A stretch of 64,000 bases of DNA from Podarcis cretensis (Eukaryota), in the NCBI GenBank assembly GCA_951804945.1, contig OX638150.1, positions 86,800,001-86,864,000 on the forward strand, written 5' to 3'. Every line of letters starts with the position of its first letter. The first letter of the stretch is position 1. A model generated the notes under the pieces. It was not told the DNA's origin, made no database searches, and was given only the letters and a program-made list of their open reading frames with translations. This document shows positions 51,001-62,593 of this stretch, one piece after another. The position numbers were made by a program, and so were the translations under genes.

Positions 51001-51334
51001 ATTTCTAAAGCTCCCTGTTCAGGCAGAGAAACAACACTGTAGCAGGTAACCAATAGAAAAGCTACTGAACATCCAAGTCAGATTGATTATATGTGGACCC
51101 CCATCCTCACCCATGGCCTGCCAGGATTTGCCCTGGCTGCACCTAGAGAGCAGAACCTTGAGAATCAAAAGCTGGCAGCTCTTAATAGTCCTTCTGACTC
51201 CTTACAAAAGTAGCAAAGACCTTACTGGAAAACCAGCGCCCTAGTCTGTGCTGTGTTGCGTGGATGGCTTTTATGAAGCCCTAAGTTTGTAGGAAGCAAA
51301 GGCAGTGTAAATAGCAAGGTGATAATGCAATTCA

Positions 51335-51553
51335 GGGCTTATTCATACTTACCTTTTTCCCTGCTCTTTCCAGTTACAGGTCCGCATTTAAAAGCATTTT
51401 GTTTTGTTTTTGCCTTGGAGCTTTCCTCATGAAAACCTGCTCAGTTGGAGCAAACACCAATTTTAAGCAGATTTCCATTTGCACTGGACACCGGGTTTTA
51501 AAGCACGGACTGTGCCTGGAAAGAGTAGAGGAAAAGCAAGTGTGGATAAGCCC
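51335..51553. mobile_element. PIF/Harbinger MITE, 219 bp
   Basis: Imperfect TIRs of about 57 bp (gggcttattcatactt.../...aagtgtggataagccc). 3-bp TSD tca on both sides. Confidence 0.8.
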
Positions 51554-52863
51554 TCAGCTCATAGTTGTTCTGGGCTTTTTCTGAGAAGCCATATTGCCCT
51601 GCCAGTGGGTTGCTATATGACAGCGCTGCTTGCTCACAACAGCTGCTCTTGTTCATTTATCAATAAGTACCATCCATTGCTTAGGGTGGAAAATCCTCTC
51701 TTGCTCCCGTCTTCTCCACTTAATCTCTTGCCTGGACTTGGTTTGCTTGCCTACTCTATGCACTGTCACAAAGGCTCTTGTGGCCACCGTGATCCAGCAG
51801 TTCTGAGCCCTTTGTGGGCCAGATTGGCTTGTACATTGCTGGTTTTGGCAAAGGCTACTCCATCTGCTTGTTATTTCAACCCTTTCCCCATTCCCTCTGC
51901 CCCAAATTCCCAGTGATGATGCCTGCAGCCAATTCATTTTCGTTGAGTCAGAGCAGGCGCTGCTGGCTGGTTCCGGCAGCCATATTGAAACCTGGCGGCT
52001 GAATTGGCTGACCTGCTATAGTGGAGATTTCTGTTACTACAGCATAAGGGGATGTCATGGGAATTAGGTAAGGAGGGGACAGTAAAACAGAAAGTTCTTT
52101 GTTAAGCATGGAATGGCAAAAGCATTTTTCAAGGGTAACCAAAATCAGAGTAGTATCCTGAAGCTGTCAAAGAAAACTGGGAGTTTAGGGGACGGTCCTG
52201 ACTAGAAGGATAATTCCAGGCTCTGAGGATACTTTTGTTCACATCCACACCATGCCTTTAAAACACATTTAAAGAATTTGGCCTCCAAATAATCCTGGGA
52301 ACTGTGTCCTTCATCAATGTTGTGGAGTAGTTTTATATTGTTCACCACAAGGAAGACAGGCATATCTGCAAAATTTAAACTGGGCCCTTTACAGGCTATA
52401 GCAGAAACAAGGAAGAAAGATGAAATAAAAAGAAAACCCATAACTCAGGAAGGACACTTAAGCTTCCTGGGCCTAGATGCGTTAAGTCTTCAGCAGCTTT
52501 CTATCTCTGTCAGTACAGTGAACAGGGTTGCCATATTTCAAACTGTGAAAATCTGAACAAAAAAATTGCCAAACTTTTATTGTATTTTTCCAGTTTTCAG
52601 CTGTTACAAGTTTGTTGCTGTTAATATGTTGCTGAATTGTTTTTTAAAGGGAGAATTAAACAGTTACCTCCTAAAAGAATTGTCTCAGGATCTGGAATGT
52701 GCTTTTTGTTGGATTCTGTGTGTCACATTATGTAATTATCTTCCATAGCATCCCTCAGTCTTGACCCAGGAAGCCCCCACAGGCAGCAGAGAACTTAATG
52801 GGCTGTTTAGTTCCTGGCCTCCATTCACCAAAGCTGGGCCCATGCCAGCTGTGATAGTTCTCT

Positions 52864-52913
52864 CTTCTTCTTCTTCTTCTTCTTCTTCTTCTTCTTCTTC
52901 TTCTTCTTCTTCT
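52864..52913. repeat. (CTT)n microsatellite
   Basis: Directly visible. Confidence 0.95.
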
Positions 52914-53175
52914 GTCAACGCATGTCCAATAGAAACTGCTGGGAAGCCCTCTGAAGAGCCAACAGATGGGCGTGAACCTCAGACATGAGTGTGCTGGCTA
53001 CAGTTCAAATACAAAAGGGGGTAATGATGCATGTTTCACTACAAAGACATTCTTCTGGCTTTCAGAGAGACATTCAGCTTAAAAGCTTTTGCATTGTCTC
53101 TACACAGTGCCCAGCACCAAGGTGGCAAGTTATGTTGTGAGCTGCCTTGAGCACCTGGGAAAGATGGGATGGCAA

Positions 53176-53548
53176 TAAAGGTAAAGGTAAAGGTACCCCT
53201 GCCCGTACGGGCCAGTCTTGACAGACTCTGGGGTTGTGCGCCCATCTCACTTAAGAGGCCAGGGGCCAGCGCTGTCCGGAGACACTTCCGGGTCACGTGG
53301 CCAGCGTGACATCGCTGCTCTGGCCAGAGCCAGAGCCAGAGCCGCACACGGAAACGCCGTTTACCTTCCCGCTGGTAAGCGGTCCCTATTTATCTACTTG
53401 CACCCGGAGGTGCTTTCGAACTGCTAGGTTGGCAGGCGCTGGGACCGAGCAGCGGGAGCGCATCCCGCCGCAGGGATTCGAACCGCCGACCTTTCGATCG
53501 GCAAGCCCTAGGCGCTGAGGCTTTAACCCACAGCGCCACCTGCGTCCC
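53176..53548 (-). mobile_element. Sauria SINE (Squam1), full length and young
   Basis: Near-exact reverse complement of 28077-28455, with a (taaagg)n tail. Confidence 0.95.
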
Positions 53549-53609
53549 TTGCTTGTTGTGCTGCTGCTAAATGCATGGGAGCTCCACCAAAGAGAATGGC
53601 AACCCCACT

Positions 53610-54305
53610 TAAGAACATAAGACAAGCCTGCTGGACAGTGGTGTAGCATGGGATGCCAGTGCCCAAGGCTGTAAGGGGGGTGGTAGGGTGGAGGGAAACT
53701 GACAGAGTACGCATGCACATTCTACTTTGATGTCCACGTCACCCAGGAGATTGCAGCCTCAGAAATAAGAAGATCCCCTTGTCCGGAGAGGTCACTTCCT
53801 GGTTTGCATGGAGAAGCCATTTTCAATGGAGCCCAGCGTCAGAAATACGCAGCTGTATTGAGGCAGTACTGAGTGTTGAAATTTTGCACCTCTAATAATT
53901 TTGTGCCTGGGGCAACTGCCCCTTTGATCCCCCCCACACTATGCCACTGCTGCTGGATCAGGCCAATGGCCCATCTAGTTGTGCATCCTGTTCCCACAGG
54001 GGCCACTCAGATGCCTGTGGGAAATGCATGAGCACAGCACTCTGCCCACCTGTAACTCCCAGAAACTGGTTTTCAGAGGCATAATGCTTCTCACAGAGAA
54101 GGTTGAACATAGCCATCATGGGTAGTACCTGCTGAGAGCTTTATCCTCCGTTGGTCCTCCTTTAAAGCCCCCCCTGCCTCCTGTTGGAGCAAATTCCATA
54201 GTTTAACTGTGCGCTGCATGAAGAACCACTTTCTTTGTATTTGTTTTGAATCAGCGTACGACTTCATCAGATGTCAGTGAGTTCTTGTGTTTTCAACATT
54301 CTCTC
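53610..54305 (-). mobile_element. CR1 3' region interrupted by a hAT MITE
   Basis: taagaacataagacaagcctgctgga|MITE|ctgctggatcaggccaatggcccatctag...aaattccatagtttaactgtgcgctgcatgaagaa. Confidence 0.8.
53636..53949. mobile_element. hAT MITE, 314 bp
   Basis: TIRs cagtggtgtagcatggg / cccacactatgccactg, whose mismatches fit CpG decay of cagtggcgtagcgtggg. Perfect 8-bp TSD ctgctgga at 53628-53635 and 53950-53957. Confidence 0.88.
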
Positions 54306-55994
54306 AGAGACTGGGGTACTTAAGACAACGCCCACTAGAGAGGCAGAGTGAGAGAATGTGTTTGTGTGTGTGCCTGTCCACCAAATGGGAGGTCATTGTA
54401 TTAACCAGCCAATGACCTCAAGTTAGCTGAGGTCATTTGCCAGGGCTCCCAACTAGGCTCCCCTGCCAATCTGAGTTGAGGCAGGGGTCAGCCAGAGAGA
54501 GGGCATTTAAGGCTGTGGCACCCACATTTTTTGAACTGGCACCTACACTGTTATCTTTTTAGCACCAGGCAAAGACTCCCAGGCTTCGCCAATGGCTCGA
54601 GGAGGTTTTATGCTGCTTTTATATGATGCTTTTGTCATTTTATGATGCTGATCTTTATTATTATGAGGTGTTTATTTTGAAAAATAATGATGATGATGCA
54701 ATTTTGCAAACCAGACTGAAAATTGATGTGGAAAGGTGGTTTAGTATTACTGTAATATAATTGATAAACTGTATAAAAAAGGTGTGCAAAGGCCCCTCCT
54801 CTCTTCTCTCTCTCTGTCAAATCATGTAAGCAGCTGAGAGTGGAGTTCCTGCGGATTGTTTTGAATTTTACGCTTGGCCTGTGACTGCTCTGAATGCTTT
54901 GTAAAAGTGCCTGGAGCCACTGGGGAGAGGGGTTTTTGAAAAATCTGAATAAATCCATCAGTCTGGTGAGCCACGGAATCCCTGAACTATATACCAAGGA
55001 GAAAGTGGGCTTTTAAAGAATTAGGCCAGATGCATATCAGTATCTCTTCCCCTGCCCCCAATAAGATGTGTGTCACCTCTTCTCCTGCTGTGGAGAGAAA
55101 AGGGTGGTGGTAGAAGATTGCTGAGCATCACCAGGCAGATCCTCAGAGATCATTGGAAAGCAGAGTTGACTCTCCCATGTGTACTTTTTTTTGGGGGGGG
55201 GCGCTTCCAGATGACCTGTTTATTCATTCTAATTTCTTTGTGGGGAAGTTCAACGATGTTGTGTCAAGGCAATTGTTGCACTACACTTCCTACTGCGTTT
55301 CCTTATCTCAGAATGTCCAGTCTTTGCGGGGAAGCAGGTTTCTAGAGCAAGACCTCCTACCAATGATTATCACAATTATTTATTAAATTTATAGGCTGCC
55401 TTTCATCCAAGGATCACAGGGCAATTTGCAATATAAAAATACAAAGATACATAGTATAGTAACAGACAAAACAACACACCCACACCCCCACACAGTTTAA
55501 TTAGCCAAAGGTCTGATGAAAGAGGAGTGTTTTGGATTGCAACTTTCAACTATAATAGCACATTGAATCCCACCCAAAAATAGTGACAGGCTAGAAACAC
55601 TTTTGGTTACTTTTCCTGATTTACCAGGAATGGGAAGGGGAGCCCATTCCAAGATTCTTCCTTTGTAGTTCTGCATACTTTGGAACACTAAAAAACCAAG
55701 GTCCTCCCGAGCAGCTGTTGTAGCATAGCAGCCCCCACCCCTGGCAATGCCTTTCCCAGCCAGCCTGACCTCCCAGCTGGAAGGTTCCTTTTTTTATGTG
55801 TGCATAAAGTCATTTTAATAAATGTTTAAACACCTCTTGGCACCTGATACCCCAAGGCCTCTGGGCGCCTTCTCAAAAACCACATTCCTGTAAAGTAGTA
55901 TGCCATAGTAGAATATAGCCAGAGTTCAGGTCTCTCACCAATTCTGCTTCTCTGCTCTGGTTTTTGATCAACTCCTAAAACGGTTTCAAGTAGA

Positions 55995-56185
55995 CATAGG
56001 AAGAGACCTGTGAGATTGGACTGAAGAGCCATCTGCACAGCATCCTGCTTCCTTCAGTAGCCAATTCATAGATGCCTGCTGAATAGCCACAAATAAGATC
56101 TGAAGGCAACAGCCAGCCACCATTGTTGCCTCCCTTCAGCTGGTATTCTGAGGTACACTACTGCTGAATATGGAGTTTCCATTGC
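55995..56185 (-). mobile_element. CR1 3' UTR remnant
   Basis: acataggaagag...agcatcctg...agatgcct...gctggtattctgaggt, similar to 53950-54100. Confidence 0.55.
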
Positions 56186-56519
56186 CAGAGTGACCGGAAG
56201 AGATACAAGCTTGACTAGGAGATTGGCAGTCAACAATCATGGTGGCTGTCTGTAAAAATGAGCGATGTGGTATGCTGCCAGACCTCAATGCCTGAGATAT
56301 ATTCAGATCAGCATCCATGTACACACTGTTGAAATGACATTGGGAAAAGAATTATCCAAAACCCAGGTTCGCTCTTTCAAAATGGTGAACTCCTGTAAGA
56401 CTTGGTTTTCAGCTATGGGAAATGAATGGAAATGAATCACCATTATTATACAAATTTATAGACCACAGAATAAAGCTATTGAAGTAATGTACACAATACA
56501 AACACCACCACCACCTGGA

Positions 56520-56760
56520 CCTCTACACTCAGCACTGAACCCAGGTGTACATCTAAGCTGCTAATCTGAGGTTTTAGGGGGAGTTAACCCAATCCAGCGC
56601 AGCCTGACTTGCCTTTTGGCTGACCAGGAGCACCTTTGCCTTGCCTGGATTGAGCTTCACTTTGTTAACCTTCATGCAGTCCACTGCTGAGATCAGACCC
56701 TGGTTTATTACTTGAACAGCTTCCTCAAATTTAGATTCAGATCCTTGATGTCCCAACATT
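56520..56760 (-). mobile_element. L2 RT fragment
   Basis: MKVNKVKLNPGKAKVLLV (compare MxANKLKLNPDKTEVLLV). Confidence 0.65.
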
Positions 56761-57733
56761 CTGAAAACTACCTGCTTCTTTTGCTATGGGCAACATTGTG
56801 TAGGATGTTTAAACCTGAGCACTTATTCCCTTCAGTAAAAAGATCAGGGTATAGATGTGCCCTCCTTCCCATATTTAATAAGCCTGGTAAGTTTTTTTAA
56901 AAACCTATTCTCAGAACATCCTAAAATGAAGCTCTGAAATCTGAAAGATTTGCAGATTAATTTCCTTTTAAGCAGATATGTTTTGTTTGTTGTTACTTGC
57001 TAGCCAGAAGTTTAATTTCAGCAATGCCCTTATTAATGAATAAATGTTTGAATTGCACTGGAAGGAGAATGAGAAGCTCATCCAGTTTTTTAGCTCTCTA
57101 GTGTGTCCTGGAAATGTGGAATATAAGGCCAAAGGGTTGCTGGTAGCTTCTCAAATCCAGGCCCCAAGATGCTGCAGGCAGGTGCATAACTTTGAGTATT
57201 ATTGATTATGTCTTCGCTGCACAGGTTTCCACATAATGTTCCCTCGAGTTCCCAAAGGCCTATCCCAGCATGCACCGGGCTCAAAGCAAAGTTTGTGATG
57301 AGCTCCCGTGGGGGAAAGTTTCTTCCTTGGTTCTTCTGAATTGCTGAACAGGAACATAGAGGGCACGTCCTCAGAACATAGCAACTCCATCTTCACAAGC
57401 TCCTTAGCATGAAACCGATGTACCACTAAGTCATTACACAGGAGGCCATGAAAGGAGGCAAACACTGTTCTGTAATTGCAACACAATCATACTGAATCAC
57501 ATACTGACAATCTGCAAGGCATATTTCAATGGCTGCTTGCATTTCTGAATAGTATCTCTGAACAGGGAGGTGGTCCACTCTGGACATAGGATTGACAGGC
57601 AGAGAAGGTGGCATTTCATAGTGTGCCTGTTCTAGTCTCCTGTGTCTAGAAGTACAGTGGGTGGAGGGCAGGGCTGGCTCACCCATGAGGCAAGGTGAAG
57701 GAAATGCCTCAGGTGGTAAGATCCACAGGGGCA

Positions 57734-57829
57734 GCAGATCCAGCCTCCAAGGAATTCATTGCCTGCTGCTGCTGCTGCTGCTACAGTGGCAGCAACAGCT
57801 GTGGCACAGTCCTTGGAGGCTGGATCTGC
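57734..57829. repeat. 96-nt fold-back inverted repeat
   Basis: Perfect 20-bp arms gcagatccagcctccaagga (57734-57753) and tccttggaggctggatctgc (57810-57829), with a partly paired CTG-rich interior. Confidence 0.9.
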
Positions 57830-58864
57830 CATCTCCTTGGCAGCCCCCCCCCACTGCTTCCACAGCCTCTTGGCAAATAGGAAGCACTGCTGGTCTCCTC
57901 CCACCCTTCCTTGTTCCCTATGTAGATTTTTATTCCCCCCTTGTTCCTTATGTAGATCTTCACTCAGCCCTTCTTCTCAGGCTGGCAATATGAGAACATT
58001 TCCTTAACTTCCATTATGCCATATCTACGCCATATATTTCAAGCACCGTCATACCACTTTGATGGCCATGGGTCTCCTTCCTCCAAAGCATCCTGGGAAC
58101 TGTAGTTTGCTAAAGGAGCTGAAAATTATCACCATGTGAGGTATAAACGACAGCTCCCAGAATTCTTTGGAGAGGTTATCTCTTTGAAACTGGTCTAACA
58201 GTGCTGCAGGAGTGGGCAATAAGGAGAGTACCCACATTGTCTGGGCAGCTGGACCAGTCTCCCTTTATTCCTGCACTGTGCAAGAAGGTAAGGAGTCACT
58301 CAGTTGCCAAGGCAATGCGTTAACATTTCCTCATCTCCTAGTGTGCTGCAGCTCAGGAAGAGATGGAAGCATTCCTTTGTTGCCTAGGCAATGCAGAGAT
58401 GTACCCTTTCCCCTACAATAGGTGAACCCCATAGATCTTCATGGAACTTCCCCAAGAATCACTGAAAACTCAGCCTCTCAGCCTGCAGATTAGGCTAGGA
58501 AGTTAAGGGCTGTGTTTTGGCTCAACTCTCTTCTCCACAGACAAGGGTGGGTCCAGTATTTTCAACACTTGAGAAGGTTTGGACAGAGGTTTCTAATAAA
58601 GAACTGCTTTGATTCCTGTCTCTGGAAGTCAGCTACAGGAGACGTGCCAGACTATAGGTACCTCCAGATCTGGACCATTAATGGGAAATGTACCCGAACC
58701 CCACAGCATACAAAAAGGAAGGCTAACTTTTCTAAAGTTTGGCATCCATTTATTGAAAGTAAAGCAACATGACTGCAGCCACCCTTTTTTCATGGATTCC
58801 TTTGGAAAACCATTCTTGGATAATATGCTCATGAAGGACAATTGTCTGGAACTATACAGTAGAT

Positions 58865-59232
58865 GCTTTTGAATTATGGTGCTGGAGGAGACTCTTGAGA
58901 GTCTCATGGACTGCAAGAAGATCAAACCTATCCATTCTGAAGGAAATCAGTCCTGAGTGCTCACTGGAAGGACAGATCGTGAAACTGAGGCTCCAATACT
59001 TTCGCCACCTCATGAGAAGAGAAGACTCCCTGGAAAAGACCCTGATGTTGGGAAAGATGGAGGGCACAAGGAGAAGGGGATGACAGAGGACGAGATGGTT
59101 GGATAGTGTTCTCAAAGCTACGAACATGAGTTTGACCAAACTGCGGGAGGCAGTGGAAGACAGAAGTGCCTGGCGTGCTCTGGTCCATGGGGTCACAAAG
59201 AGTCGGACATGACTAAACGACTAAACAACAAC
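58865..59232 (+). mobile_element. BovB (RTE) LINE 3' end
   Basis: AFELWCWRRLLRVSWTARRSN... with a premature TGA (CGA>TGA) and a short (caa)n tail. 11-bp TSD atacagtagat at 58854-58864 and 59233-59243. Confidence 0.95.
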
Positions 59233-61199
59233 ATACAGTAGATAACATTTAACTTGTGTGCATTCAGCTTTACACACTTGGAATTAAAATTAAAATAAGG
59301 GGGCTGTAAGGGGGTGGGCATCTGGGGAAAAAGACTTTGGCAATTCCACCCATCATTGTACCCAATGTGTTTTGACTATACATGGTTTTAGCTTAATGCA
59401 CTGTCCCTGGAATGACCAAAATAAAAATTACAATTATGAAAAAAGAGAGGGCTTGGAATATCCCCACATATAAAGCTCTCTTGAGGGAAGAGAGACTCAT
59501 AAGAACATAGGAGTCCTGCTGGACCAAGCCAAACACCCTTCTATTTGAGCATCCTGTTCTAACAGGGCTCACAATGGGAAGCCTGCAAGCGGGACTCATC
59601 TTGGGTGCGGAAATAAGAGTCCATTCCCCCCCCCCGAGAATTGGCTTTCCTTTCAATTACCTGGAGCTAGAAGTGTGATCCTCCATTTCCCAGAGTACCG
59701 TGCAGCAAATCCTCCCATCTAGATGTCATGTATCAGAAGAGGAACACCATTCTCAATTGATATGGGGAGTTTCTTCATCACATCTGTTGGGAAATGGTCC
59801 AAAATAACACTGATGGTAAACAGTATGCTCCTTATGCCTCCGGCATGTGCCAGGCCTGCAATGTTTATTTATTTATAATTTTATTTATAAAAGTATTTAT
59901 ATTCCACAGTATCATAAAAAATATAGCACAACACTTTACAAAACAATGTAAAAGCATAATGCTGAGCTCCTTTGAGGAAAGAAACGTAATGCAATAATAA
60001 TAAATATGATCTGAACGCATGCAAGCTCTCTCCGGGGAATCTGTACCCTTCAATCCTATCCGTGATGAAGTAAGCTGAAGAAGTGGTTGTATGAATGGAC
60101 ACAAAAAGGAAACTGAATCTGGTAGGAGAGATATCAGGTGTGTGTTGATGAACTGGAGATTTATAGAAGGAACTGCAGGTGGGCAGAGCTGTGGCAAAGG
60201 AAGGGCTAAGATCAAGGTAGACGTTTATGAGACAGATGCACCTGGTTAAGAGTGAGCATTTGTGACAGGGCACTTTCTTAACAACTGCTTTTGTTTTTTT
60301 ATGTTGCAGAGAGACTAAAGGCTTTGTAAGCGGCAGAGAAACATGCTGTATTTTATTGCAGGCTGTTCAATAGCTGCTTTTTATTTTATGGCTTATTAAG
60401 TGATTTAATTTACCCTGGGCCGTTTGCTAATCGCCTCCATGACTTGGCAGAGATTGTGCTATGCTGAGCATTCCCTGTTGCTCAGGCAATTGCAGCACCT
60501 CCCTGCCCCCCTGCACTTTGCCCAGCCTCCCCATGTTTCCTGGGGGAAGCTGTGTCTGAACTGGGGAGGCGACGTCAGAGTTCTGAGCCAGAGTTAGGAG
60601 TAACTTCCCAGTGAATCCTGGTGAGGGTTAAAGCGAAAGGGTTTTCTTCAACCACCATTTACTCAGAGCAGACCCATTGAAATAAATGACCACGAACTAA
60701 CTTAGGTCTGTTTACTTTGATGGGTCTACTCTGAGTAAAGGTTAGTTGACTATTAGCCAGAGTTACGGCCAGAAGAGGGGCCTCTTTGAACAAGAAATTT
60801 ATAACACAGAGTCCAGCTCAGTCATTCTTCCATACATATGACGAACAATGCCACCCTATGCCTGCAGGGATGTTTGAAAATGGGCTCTTCTGCATGGGCC
60901 TCTTTGCAGGACATCACACTCAGTTCATGAAATTCCCAGGGTACTGTCCTTCTCTCCCCTGCCCCATGAATTTATTGTACAAGTGGAAAAATGAATGAAT
61001 AGGGCTTATGAAGGGCAGAATGCAGAAACCACACCTACATCACCTTCTGGTTGGTTTTAAAAGGTAGCATGGGGGAAGGTTGTCCTTGACCCTCAAGTGA
61101 AAAGTCAGTATGGTGTAGTGGTTAAAGCACCCAGGATGCTGGGATCCAAATCCTCTGCTTTGGGTGGGGTTGCACTCCATCTGAAACAGTTGGTAAGCA

Positions 61200-61760
61200 G
61201 TATGTGGTACTCCTAGATCCAGCCTCACCATTCGAGGCTCAGGTAGCCTTGGCAGCATGGAGTATCTTTTACCAGCTTCAGTCAGCTGTGGCCGTTCTGG
61301 ACCAGGATTGTCTGGGCACAATGATCTCTTCTATGGTAACCTCCCAGCTGGATTACAGCATTGCATTATGAGCTGCTCAGAAGCTTCAGGGTTCAGCTGC
61401 CAGAATTATGATCAGTACACCTAGGTTCACTCATATTGCACCAATTTTAAAAGAATTTCACAGGCTGCCTGTTGTGCTTCTAGCCCCAATATCAGCGGCT
61501 GGTATTTACCTTTAAAGCCCTAACAGATTGGAACCCAGATCCTTCAAGGAGTGCCTCTTTCCTTACCAATCTGCCTGTGACTTAAGAACTTCTACTGAAT
61601 CCCTGCTCCAGTTGCTATCTCCATCTGAAATGTGTAATTCAACCAGAAGGGATAAGATTTCCTTGCAGTGGCACCCTGGCTTTGGCTCCACCCACTTCCA
61701 GGGGCTCACTTAGTGCCTAAGTTGGTCCTTCTGGTGCCAGGCTAAAATATTTGCATTGTC
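61200..61760 (+). mobile_element. L2 LINE 3' fragment (degenerate)
   Basis: VTSQLDY.., ttaaaagaatttcacaggctgcctgtt (LK.LHWLP-like) and tttaaagccctaac. Confidence 0.65.
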
Positions 61761-61892
61761 TTTGATTCAGCCTGCATAATTGCTATCTTTTAGCATTTTT
61801 ATAATTGTATAAAAATGCACGCACACACACACCAGCTTTGGAATCTGAACTCGGTGAAGATAAGTCAATAAACATTTTAATAAATTACACAC

Positions 61893-61894
<2 letters not shown>

Positions 61895-61932
<38 letters not shown>
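61895..61932. repeat. (GA)n microsatellite
   Basis: Directly visible. Confidence 0.95.
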
Positions 61933-61936
<4 letters not shown>

Positions 61937-62542
61937 AGAACAAAGACATCTGTTTTGTTATGGGTACAATGCTAGGAAGTCACCACTGTGCTTGAATTTT
62001 TAGCAGATATTCATCAGCTTGATACACAAGGAAACACCTCTGTGTGTGGTCACCATATGTGAAGAACTGCATGTGATTTTCATGCAGCCTTTCAGCACAG
62101 AGGCACTTTCCATGTCAGAAATGTGTAAATGTTTGAAATTGTTAGGCTGCAGGCCCAAATTGCCCTGTCCCAGAGGTGGGGAACCTGAGAACCTCCAGCT
62201 GATGCTGGATTACAACTCGCATCATGCCAAAGTATTGACCATGGTGACTGGGGCTGATGGGAGTTGGAGTTTGACAACACCTGGAAAGATCACAGATTCC
62301 TCATCCCTGCATTATCCCAGTGGTGGAATGAGTCATCCTTAGGGAATCAGGCTTTAAAAAACATTGAGGACAGCCGCCGCCCCCCCTTGTGGTCAGCAAG
62401 GGACTTGAGAGTGTAGTGGTTACAGACAGTCCAGCTGCAGAGTAATGCTTTGGCCACATCATATTGGCATGGATCAGTACTAGGCACAGAATTGCACGTT
62501 ATATCCATGAGTCTCCCTCTCTCTCTTTAGATTCATTCATCC

Positions 62543-62543
<1 letters not shown>

Positions 62544-62590
<47 letters not shown>
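62544..62590. repeat. (CA)n microsatellite
   Basis: Directly visible. Confidence 0.95.

Positions 62591-62593
<3 letters not shown>

Noticed and set aside
52736-52988. Poly-Glu and poly-Ser ORFs
   Set aside because: These are translations of a (CTT)n microsatellite. The CV, ER and LS repeat ORFs elsewhere arise the same way.
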